50,035 bases of DNA from a virus: IMG/VR virus record IMGVR_UViG_3300022542_000276. The stretch is one strand, 5' to 3'. Positions 43,714 to 49,613 of the stretch are shown in pieces. A program made the position numbers and the translations under genes. Position 1 is the stretch's first letter; every line of letters begins with the position of its first letter. Below the pieces are notes generated by a model. It was not told the DNA's origin, did not search any database, and worked only from the letters and a program-made list of their open reading frames with translations.

Positions 43714-43983
43714 CTATATTTCCTTATCCATCAGTTGAAAGTAGTATTCTTGAATTTCTGGCCAAGTGGAAAATCTATTTATGACACACTTTTCATTATC
43801 AAAGCCTGGAACGGCCGAGATTGCAAAGCTTGGGATGGATAGATGTGAATCACCGTCGAAAGACCAGACTTCAATATCTATACGAAATGACTTTTTGTAC
43901 TTTTTTCTTAGATTAATTACCATAGTAGGCAATTGATGATAGGAAGGGACTTCAGTTCTTTTTACTTCTTTATATTCAGACAT
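43714..43983 (-). CDS. Hypothetical protein (89 aa). The start is moved to an internal ATG.
   Basis: ATG 43983 is preceded by 'aaaggataaacaa'. The track start 44076 is a TTG that reads through the dyad copy and the tRNA-like element. Confidence 0.55.
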   Translation of the reverse strand: MSEYKEVKRTEVPSYHQLPTMVINLRKKYKKSFRIDIEVWSFDGDSHLSIPSFAISAVPGFDNEKCVINRFSTWPEIQEYYFQLMDKEI

Positions 43984-44007
43984 TTGTTTATCCTTTTTTT
44001 CTTTATA

Positions 44008-44032
44008 AGATCGTTTAATAATCAAACGGACT
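44008..44032. repeat. 25-nt dyad element, copy 21
   Basis: agatcgtttaataatcaaacggact. Lies 3 nt from the 3' end of the tRNA-like minihelix. Confidence 0.8.
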
Positions 44033-44035
44033 GAA

Positions 44036-44095
44036 TGGTGAGGATAGGATTCGAACCTACACCAGGATAGGACCAACTTATATTAACTCTCACCA
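44036..44095 (-). other. tRNA-like minihelix (about 60 nt): acceptor-like stem plus a canonical T-arm
   Basis: The minus strand reads TGGTGAG-AGTTAATATAAGTTGGTCCTATCCTGGT-GTAGG-TTCGAAT-CCTAT-C-CTCACCA. It has a consensus GGTTCGAATCC T-loop and a perfect 7-bp terminal stem. Only 26 nt remain where D and anticodon arms should be, so it is not a standard tRNA. Confidence 0.35.
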
Positions 44096-44106
44096 GTCCT
44101 AACACA

Positions 44107-44493
44107 TTATTCTTCAGCGGCTAACCGTAGTTGTTCGATCATCTCAGCTTGTTTCTCTGGTGTGGAAGTCTTAAACTTGGCAATGAAAGCAGCTCGTGGA
44201 TCTATCCTAGCGCCGACTTGTGCTATGCCGAGCACCGCAGTGCTCAGTTTATCCTGGATTTGTTCGGGAGTCGAACCAGCACGAAGGGAAGAACGGATAT
44301 TTCCTTGAAGTGTTACCTTCCAATTAGCATTCATGTTTGACAAGATAGCAGCATCACCGAATAGTTCCTCTGCCTCCTGTAGAGTCTCTGCAGTTTGGAC
44401 TACTACAGTAGCTTCCATTTCTTTAGTTACCACATTCCCTTCTCCATCTTTCTTTACCGGAACCTTTGCTGCGACTACTAAATCTTTAGTCAT
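44107..44493 (-). CDS. Hypothetical protein, probably highly expressed
   Basis: 128-aa ORF with an 'aggagac' SD, driven by the consensus promoter at 44564-44592. Confidence 0.6.
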   Translation of the reverse strand: MTKDLVVAAKVPVKKDGEGNVVTKEMEATVVVQTAETLQEAEELFGDAAILSNMNANWKVTLQGNIRSSLRAGSTPEQIQDKLSTAVLGIAQVGARIDPRAAFIAKFKTSTPEKQAEMIEQLRLAAEE

Positions 44494-44563
44494 TTTTGTC
44501 TCCTAAGTTTAAATTTATTATTGTTATGAGATGGAACTCACGTCCCATCCCGAACCATAATTT

Positions 44564-44592
44564 ATTATAACAGTAGTTGAGTTGGATGTCAA
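44564..44592 (-). promoter_or_regulatory. Consensus sigma70-type promoter (TTGACA-17-TATAAT)
   Basis: The minus strand reads ccTTGACAtccaactcaactactgtTATAATaaat. The -35 is at 44592-44587 and the -10 at 44569-44564. The leader contains an 8-bp hairpin, GATGGGAC-GTGA-GTTCCATC. Confidence 0.7.
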
Positions 44593-44735
44593 GGCATATT
44601 TTGGTGTATTTGCACCCAGGTTTGATCAATCCAAGTGGTCATGTCAAAGTTATAATAACACCAAGTGTAACCTATCACGATGCCAAGGGCTACACACATA
44701 AGGAAATAAAGTAGTTTATCTATCTTTTCAACCAT
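44589..44735 (-). CDS. Small single-pass membrane protein (48 aa), not in the ORF track
   Basis: 'aaggagaattaaaaa' precedes ATG 44735. Product is MVEKIDKLLYFLMCVALGIVIGYTWCYYNFDMTTWIDQTWVQIHQNMP*. Its stop TGA lies inside the -35 hexamer of the promoter above. Confidence 0.45.
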   Translation of the reverse strand: MVEKIDKLLYFLMCVALGIVIGYTWCYYNFDMTTWIDQTWVQIHQNMP

Positions 44736-44738
44736 TTT

Positions 44739-45128
44739 TTAATTCTCCTTTTGATCTTTCATTAGTTGATTTAAAGCAGTTGAGATCTGCGCTAGTTGAT
44801 CCTGGTTAAACTTCTTCAATTGATCTTTGACAGATTTGTTAAATTTACCTAGCTTAACTACTTTATATCTACCATCTAACCTTGCAAGTTTACGATCAGA
44901 CTTTTTGTACAGTTCCTTAGTTTCCTTATTCGATTCGACCAGGGCAACAAGTCGATTGTTAAGTATCGCTATTGACTGCTTGATAGTGTCAATAGTTGAG
45001 TTATTAGACTTGATAGTTTCCTTGTAATCATTAAGCTTTTCTCTCAACTTCTCAGCCTCAGATTTAGGCGCAGGTAGAAGATAATTAGTTACCCTCGGCA
45101 TTAGACTGTAAAGATGTATGTTATTCAT
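44739..45128 (-). CDS. Hypothetical coiled-coil protein
   Basis: 129-aa ORF with an 'aagggagaa' SD. Confidence 0.6.
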   Translation of the reverse strand: MNNIHLYSLMPRVTNYLLPAPKSEAEKLREKLNDYKETIKSNNSTIDTIKQSIAILNNRLVALVESNKETKELYKKSDRKLARLDGRYKVVKLGKFNKSVKDQLKKFNQDQLAQISTALNQLMKDQKEN

Positions 45129-45150
45129 TAGTAGTTTTCTCCCTTATTTA

Positions 45151-45321
45151 TCACCTATTATCAGTTCCCCATGCAAGGACTGTCTTAACTATTTCCTTCT
45201 GTGCAGGGTTAGTAGTCTTCCATTCAGGCAAAGTTATCTTAGATACAGCATTCCTGAATGGTATAGTTTTAGAATTAAACTTGGTCTTAATCTTTGGTCT
45301 GTCAGTCTTGGAATTATTCAT
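45151..45321 (-). CDS. Small ORF (56 aa), not in the ORF track
   Basis: ATG 45321 overlaps the upstream stop (ATGA). Product is MNNSKTDRPKIKTKFNSKTIPFRNAVSKITLPEWKTTNPAQKEIVKTVLAWGTDNR*. The track's + ORF 45118..45408 is its antisense shadow. Confidence 0.45.
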   Translation of the reverse strand: MNNSKTDRPKIKTKFNSKTIPFRNAVSKITLPEWKTTNPAQKEIVKTVLAWGTDNR

Positions 45322-45515
45322 AGTTTAGTTCTCCTTATATTAGGATTAAATCTTATAAAAGCTATTCCATCTATACAAATCCACACCCTGCCGTCTTCAG
45401 CTACTTGAATACCAAAGTCTTTATTCATACCACCTTCAGGCACCGTTTCGATACTTAGATATCCAAGCATGTGAGTTTCCTTTATCTCATTTAGTTTCTT
45501 GTACTGACTAGACAT
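45318..45515 (-). CDS. Hypothetical protein
   Basis: 65-aa ORF with an AGGAG SD. Confidence 0.55.
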   Translation of the reverse strand: MSSQYKKLNEIKETHMLGYLSIETVPEGGMNKDFGIQVAEDGRVWICIDGIAFIRFNPNIRRTKL

Positions 45516-45545
45516 TAATTACTCCTGTTTAAAAGTTATTTGTTA

Positions 45546-45570
45546 AGACCGTTTATTAATTAAACGATCT
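45546..45570. repeat. 25-nt dyad element, copy 22
   Basis: agaccgtttattaattaaacgatct. Overlaps the 3' end of 45556..45861 (protein ends ...PRSFN*). Confidence 0.85.
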
Positions 45571-45861
45571 TGGATTAAGAATTAAGGTAACAACTACTTT
45601 CATCCGGCAGGAGTGGTCACCTTTTATTTGTCCCTCTTTATTACCAAACAGTTTATCAAACAGTTCATTAAAACACTTTTCACACAAACCTGAGATAGCA
45701 AACTCACGCTTGCCCCCTTCTGAATAACAGTTAGCAAGTGCAGATTGCTTACACTTAATGCAAAGACCTTTATCCCAATTAGACTGAGAATCCTTGCCGT
45801 AAAGTTTGTCTTGTAAAGACTTTTGAAACTTCTGTAACTTGTCCATCTGTAACTCATCCAT
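45556..45861 (-). CDS. Zn-finger protein
   Basis: 'CIKCKQ...CEKC' forms a CxxC pair. 101 aa. Preferred over the overlapping out-of-frame ORF 45624..45857. Confidence 0.55.
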   Translation of the reverse strand: MDELQMDKLQKFQKSLQDKLYGKDSQSNWDKGLCIKCKQSALANCYSEGGKREFAISGLCEKCFNELFDKLFGNKEGQIKGDHSCRMKVVVTLILNPRSFN

Positions 45862-45978
45862 CTTTAATTTTTCCCTCTTATTCTTCTATTACTAACAAAC
45901 AGCTTCAAACCAACCACTTTACCAACAATATAGAGTGCTACTTTACAATTGTAAGTAGTAAACATTAATCTAGCTGGC

Positions 45979-46203
45979 TTACCAGGATTTAAGTACTGAT
46001 AGATGTAAAACATTAGCTAATCCTCCTTCATGACTTTTTCTCCTTTGACTTATCTGGCATTTCACCAGATGGTTAATTAAAGTTACTTCCTCAACTGTAA
46101 ACGGCCGCCTAGAACCTTCATCTAACACTTGTCTAATAGTTGCTAATGACACCTTTGACGACTTCTCCTTAATGCCTAGAAGTTGTCTAATACCTTTAAT
46201 CAT
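45979..46203 (-). CDS. Small protein, possibly HTH DNA-binding
   Basis: 74 aa with an AAGGAGG SD. 'VSLATIRQVLDEGSR' is weakly HTH-like. It is the first gene after the repeat-rich 46204-46489 spacer. Confidence 0.5.
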   Translation of the reverse strand: MIKGIRQLLGIKEKSSKVSLATIRQVLDEGSRRPFTVEEVTLINHLVKCQISQRRKSHEGGLANVLHLSVLKSW

Positions 46204-46223
46204 CTTTTTCCTCCTTTAGTTAA

Positions 46224-46251
46224 TTTGCCATTTGCCATTTGCCATTTGCCA
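46224..46251. repeat. Tandem heptamer (TTTGCCA)x4, which reads (TGGCAAA)x4 on the minus strand
   Basis: tttgccatttgccatttgccatttgcca. Lies 21-48 nt upstream of ATG 46203, inside the predicted 5' leader. Confidence 0.9.
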
Positions 46252-46282
46252 TTCTTGGTCCCATTTTCCCGATTACACCTTA

Positions 46283-46311
46283 ACCATACCACATATTTAA
46301 CCCCAAATCAA
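46283..46311 (-). promoter_or_regulatory. Candidate sigma70-type promoter (TTGATT-17-TGgTATGGT)
   Basis: The minus strand reads acTTGATTtggggttaaatatgtggTATGGTtaag. This is a weaker match with an extended -10 TG. Confidence 0.3.
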
Positions 46312-46321
46312 GTCCTTTAAA

Positions 46322-46355
46322 AATTACAGTTTGCAATTACAGTTTGCAATTACAC
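46322..46355. repeat. Tandem 13-mer (AATTACAGTTTGC)x2 plus a partial third unit
   Basis: aattacagtttgcaattacagtttgcaattacac, followed by the GC-rich 'tagggcgccagttgagggcggcg'. Confidence 0.9.
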
Positions 46356-46379
46356 TAGGGCGCCAGTTGAGGGCGGCGA

Positions 46380-46404
46380 AGATTGTTTATTAATTAAACG
46401 AACT
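46380..46404. repeat. 25-nt dyad element, copy 23
   Basis: agattgtttattaattaaacgaact. Confidence 0.75.
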
Positions 46405-46489
46405 GATTTAACTCTAACTAATCTAACTTAACCTAACTTCAATTACTTTCAACTACCTCCGTCCGAAATAGAAGTTTTAACTACCTTAA

Positions 46490-47392
46490 TTATCCATCAT
46501 TATCTCTGTCCAAAATAGGCTTTAAGTCGCTAACACTTATCGAATCCCACGCATCTTGTTCTCTTCTATCCTTTTCAGCAATCTTCTCTTCATGCTTAGT
46601 CATTTCCTCATCTGATAATTTCCTAGGCCTTACATCAACAGGTTTAGACTTATCCCTAGCCCTAACCTTACCTTTAACTTTACCTTCTAGCCTATCAAGC
46701 AACTTCTTAGCTTCATTTTTAGACTTAGGCATTTCCTTATCCTGGATAGTTACAACACTCCCTCCAATCGGCCGAGATTTTAAGCCTAACCTTTCCCTTT
46801 CCTCATTTATATCTTTAAGCCTATCCTTAGCCGTATAAGTATTTGTTAGATCAATAGGTTTAATAACTCCATTCTTATCAAATGATAAGCTATCCCTAAC
46901 TTTCTTTGCCTCAGCTTTTTGCTCTTTCACTAACTTCCTATCATATTCAGCCCATAGTGCAGATCGGTCAGTCTTAGGTACATAGTCCATTTCAGGCGCT
47001 GGTTCAACTGAGTTATTATTATGTGACTTAGCATATCCTCCTTTACCTTTAGCCCAGGTTTCAGGATCTATACCTTCTATCCTTAAATTTTCTAGTTGTC
47101 TGGCCCTAACTATCTTTTTCTGAGCTCGATTATACATACTACCTTGATACAATCCTCTTTTAGTTAATAACTCATTAGCTTCTAAAATGGTATCTACTGA
47201 CTTCGGTAGTAGATTATTAATCTTTAATATCTGACTACATAAATCCATACTCCAGTTAACTAACTGACTCATACTTTTAATAAACTTTCTCTCCCCATCC
47301 CAATATAATACCATCTCAGCTAATACTCTAACATCTACCCTACTCTGAATCGGAATGCTAGCTTCTACCTTTCTACCCATCTTTTCGTTCAT
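46490..47392 (-). CDS. Hypothetical Lys/Glu/Arg-rich protein
   Basis: 300-aa ORF overlapping the upstream gene by 20 nt. Confidence 0.6.
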   Translation of the reverse strand: MNEKMGRKVEASIPIQSRVDVRVLAEMVLYWDGERKFIKSMSQLVNWSMDLCSQILKINNLLPKSVDTILEANELLTKRGLYQGSMYNRAQKKIVRARQLENLRIEGIDPETWAKGKGGYAKSHNNNSVEPAPEMDYVPKTDRSALWAEYDRKLVKEQKAEAKKVRDSLSFDKNGVIKPIDLTNTYTAKDRLKDINEERERLGLKSRPIGGSVVTIQDKEMPKSKNEAKKLLDRLEGKVKGKVRARDKSKPVDVRPRKLSDEEMTKHEEKIAEKDRREQDAWDSISVSDLKPILDRDNDG

Positions 47393-47822
47393 ATTTAATC
47401 CTCCCTAATTTAATTAAACTATAAGCACATCTTGGACACCATATTAAGTTTATATCCAAGTCTTCTACACATCCTATTATGAACACTCTTCTACATATTC
47501 TACATTCATAAGTTGGTAAAATAACCTTAATTTCTTCTCCAGTGTCTTTCCTTTTCATTACACAACTTATATCTATTTCTACTTCTATCTCTTTCTTTTC
47601 CTCATCTTTTCTTTTATAATATCCACTTCGGAACGGTATATCTTTATATCCCCATTCCCTTAACACCATTCTAACCAAGTTCATCTTTTTCTTATAAGTA
47701 TCCTTACCACGTCCATCTCTACTATCTTCAACTATCTCCATAGCCTTCTTTAACTCTTCTACACTACCCCACTTACCAAATTCTTCAATTACATCCTCTA
47801 GTTTCCAATCCTCTCCTCTCAT
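47373..47822 (-). CDS. Hypothetical protein with a C-terminal Zn-ribbon
   Basis: 'CRICRR...CPRCAY'. 149 aa with a strong 'aaaggaggtaaagtt' SD. Confidence 0.6.
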   Translation of the reverse strand: MRGEDWKLEDVIEEFGKWGSVEELKKAMEIVEDSRDGRGKDTYKKKMNLVRMVLREWGYKDIPFRSGYYKRKDEEKKEIEVEIDISCVMKRKDTGEEIKVILPTYECRICRRVFIIGCVEDLDINLIWCPRCAYSLIKLGRIKYERKDG

Positions 47823-47837
47823 AACTTTACCTCCTTT

Positions 47838-47862
47838 AGTCTGTTTAATAATTAAACGATCT
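47838..47862. repeat. 25-nt dyad element, copy 24
   Basis: agtctgtttaataattaaacgatct. Lies between the candidate leftward promoter and the SD of 47373..47822. Confidence 0.8.
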
Positions 47863-47886
47863 ACTTTCTACCACACTCAACCTTCC

Positions 47887-47899
47887 ATGACGTAGTCAT
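47887..47899. promoter_or_regulatory. 13-nt palindrome ATGAC-GTA-GTCAT (left copy)
   Basis: The same palindrome family recurs at 48122-48134. With flanks, the 15-mer 47887-47901 is the exact reverse complement of 48120-48134. Confidence 0.7.
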
Positions 47900-47915
47900 A
47901 GTTATGATTTGTATT

Positions 47916-47943
47916 AATGTATTCATGTAATAATGTTTGTCAA
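47916..47943 (-). promoter_or_regulatory. Promoter-like block (TTGACA-16-TACATT), leftward
   Basis: The minus strand reads TTGACAaacattattacatgaaTACATT. It is an inverted near-duplicate of 48028-48055. Confidence 0.4.
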
Positions 47944-48004
47944 TTCGAGAAACCCAGACCTACCTACCACTACCTTAGACTACCCATAGGTAGTATATAT
48001 AGAG

Positions 48005-48021
48005 TATATATATATATATAT
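48005..48021. repeat. (TA)8 dinucleotide tract
   Basis: tatatatatatatatat, preceded by 'tatatat' at 47994-48000. Lies at the centre of the inverted promoter-like pair. Confidence 0.9.
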
Positions 48022-48027
48022 TAAGGG

Positions 48028-48055
48028 TTGACAAACAATAATACAATCATACATT
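48028..48055 (+). promoter_or_regulatory. Promoter-like block (TTGACA-16-TACATT), rightward
   Basis: TTGACAaacaataatacaatcaTACATT. It points into the antisense of 48206..48616, so its function is unclear. Confidence 0.35.
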
Positions 48056-48121
48056 CATACAATTATCCTACCACATCTACACACGAAAGTCAACGTAATT
48101 TTTGGTACATTTAACCCACCT

Positions 48122-48134
48122 ATGACTACGTCAT
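48122..48134. promoter_or_regulatory. 13-nt palindrome ATGAC-TAC-GTCAT (right copy)
   Basis: See 47887-47899. Confidence 0.7.
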
Positions 48135-48205
48135 ACTATGACACACTATGTCTGCATCTTAACCTTCCTTAACCTTAAGTAAGTAGTAGCATCTACTAAC
48201 ACCTA

Positions 48206-48616
48206 TTACTTCACATCTATGTCCTTAACTACTTTCTCAAACGCCTGTGGATTATCTATACTAAACTCAGCTAGTTTTCTAGGCAGTCCTGCACTAACTA
48301 ACGCTTCCACCTTATCCTCCCTGGACTTAACCTTCTGACCGATAGATTGAGCCAAGAACGTCTTTCCATCTAAGCCTTTCACTTCCTCCACACTTAAGTC
48401 TCTCCAAGGTCGCTGCCCAGCTATGATCCTATTAGAATTAAGCCAACTTATAATATCCTGGTTGTTAGTAGTTGTATAATCTATCTTTACCGTAATACTA
48501 GTGTTCGGCCCACCTTTACACTGGCTAACCTTACAAGTATGGCTTCTAACTCCTATCATCTGGCCAAAGGTCATCTTATCTCTATCATTACCTAAGTCTT
48601 CTTTGTCTTCTTTCAT
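48206..48616 (-). CDS. Hypothetical protein (136 aa). The start is moved to an internal ATG.
   Basis: ATG 48616 is preceded by 'caacaaggggtttacc'. The track start 48685 is a GTG that reads through dyad copy 25. Confidence 0.55.
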   Translation of the reverse strand: MKEDKEDLGNDRDKMTFGQMIGVRSHTCKVSQCKGGPNTSITVKIDYTTTNNQDIISWLNSNRIIAGQRPWRDLSVEEVKGLDGKTFLAQSIGQKVKSREDKVEALVSAGLPRKLAEFSIDNPQAFEKVVKDIDVK

Positions 48617-48636
48617 GGTAAACCCCTTGTTGTTAT

Positions 48637-48661
48637 AGTTCGTTAAATTACCAAACGATCT
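48637..48661. repeat. 25-nt dyad element, copy 25
   Basis: agttcgttaaattaccaaacgatct. Confidence 0.7.
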
Positions 48662-48780
48662 AATTTCCAGTCTACCACTACTCACTTTTAGTATTTACCT
48701 TTACCTCTAGCTTACACTCCAGCAATGAGTTAATAAGTTACCCGTCTAGAAGCATAAACTATTAGGTATATCTTAGTCTA

Positions 48781-48807
48781 CATCAACCATTTATAATGGT
48801 GGCTAGG
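48781..48807. repeat. 27-nt inverted repeat, left arm (pairs with 49032-49058)
   Basis: The reverse complement of catcaaccatttataatggtggctagg matches the right arm at 25 of 27 positions. Confidence 0.85.
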
Positions 48808-48827
48808 AATTTATTACATTGTTATTG

Positions 48828-49016
48828 TCACTTATAAAATACGGTAAAAGCCTTGTCAAACTCACGTACTTGGATACTAGAAACATCCCCATAATGTATG
48901 CTAGTATCACCATTTATTTCCGTTACCTCAAATTCATTATTGTCTAGTGGTTTATAAAATATAACATTTGATATCCATTTGATGTCATAGTCTGTAACAT
49001 GATCATTGTTATTCAT
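48828..49016 (-). CDS. Hypothetical small protein enclosed by the 27-nt inverted repeats
   Basis: 62-aa ORF with a weak SD. It is the first ORF downstream of the leftward consensus promoter. Confidence 0.4.
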   Translation of the reverse strand: MNNNDHVTDYDIKWISNVIFYKPLDNNEFEVTEINGDTSIHYGDVSSIQVREFDKAFTVFYK

Positions 49017-49031
49017 ATTTAATCCATTTCA

Positions 49032-49058
49032 CCTAGCCACCATTATAAATAATTGATG
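49032..49058. repeat. 27-nt inverted repeat, right arm
   Basis: cctagccaccattataaataattgatg. The 9-mer CCTAGCCAC recurs at 49097-49105. Confidence 0.85.
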
Positions 49059-49219
49059 TAAACTTGACTAGACATAACCCCTAGTTTGTATTAATACCTA
49101 GCCACAAATTGCCAAAGAGGAATTACACGCCGCACCATATGTGCATTCGAGCGTCACCCATCAAATGTTCTAGCCGTCGGTGTACCCTAGTTCCACCGCA
49201 CCCCATCCAATGTAATTAC

Positions 49220-49247
49220 ATTATATCATACTAGTCACCCATGTCAA
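49220..49247 (-). promoter_or_regulatory. Near-consensus sigma70-type promoter (TTGACA-16-TATAAT), leftward early promoter candidate
   Basis: The minus strand reads aaTTGACAtgggtgactagtatgaTATAATgtaa. The -35 is at 49247-49242 and the -10 at 49225-49220. Confidence 0.65.
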
Positions 49248-49378
49248 TTAATATATTAAATGTCGATGGGGAAGATCTGGGCCGTAGTTCGCCGGGTTAG
49301 CCTCCAAACATTTTGTCTGAAAAATAAAACATTGTACTAAAATGTACGGTGCGCCCAGCCACGTCCAGCCCAGATGCG

Positions 49379-49434
49379 CACTACGCACGAAGCACGAGGC
49401 ACGATGCACGAAGCACGATGCACCAGGCACGAGG
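49379..49434. repeat. Tandem heptamer array, CACGANG-type x8, in a GC-rich island
   Basis: cactacg cacgaag cacgagg cacgatg cacgaag cacgatg caccagg cacgagg. Confidence 0.9.
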
Positions 49435-49448
49435 TGAGATGAAAGGTT

Positions 49449-49473
49449 AGATCGTTTAATTATTGAATGATCT
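49449..49473. repeat. 25-nt dyad element, copy 26
   Basis: agatcgtttaattattgaatgatct. Lies 14 nt after the heptamer array. Confidence 0.8.
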
Positions 49474-49613
49474 TGCGATTCCACTAAGTGCCTACGAACT
49501 TCAGTTCGTGTCTTTATCCTCCAAGGAAATTTTAATCTTAACATAGTAAATGATAATAGTAGTACTTACAATAATGTAAGTAATAGCCGGGCACAACTTC
49601 ACTTCGTTACGAA

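Noticed and set aside
44036-44095. The tRNA-like fragment as an attP core for integration into a host tRNA gene.
   Set aside because: No integrase, recombinase, excisionase or repressor gene is recognisable anywhere in the closed genome.
45118-45408. 96-aa + strand ORF in the minus-strand arm. Other isolated opposite-strand ORFs include 1957..2154, 2925..3110, 32319..32540, 34315..34863, 37010..37312, 42163..42429, 42608..42880 and 44131..44340.
   Set aside because: Each lies antisense within or across better-supported genes that have SDs and recognisable domains. None has its own ribosome-binding site or fits the polarity of its arm.
45862-45978. A 33-aa minus-strand ORF (MFTTYNCKVALYIVGKVVGLKLFVSNRRIRGKN*) in the 117-nt gap.
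   Set aside because: It has no SD-like sequence upstream and is very short. It cannot be distinguished from chance with the evidence available.
49248-49544. 98-aa minus-strand ORF in the control region.
   Set aside because: It translates the CACGANG heptamer array ('VHRASCFVHRASCFV') and a palindrome copy. It has no SD and lies upstream of, not downstream from, the leftward promoter.
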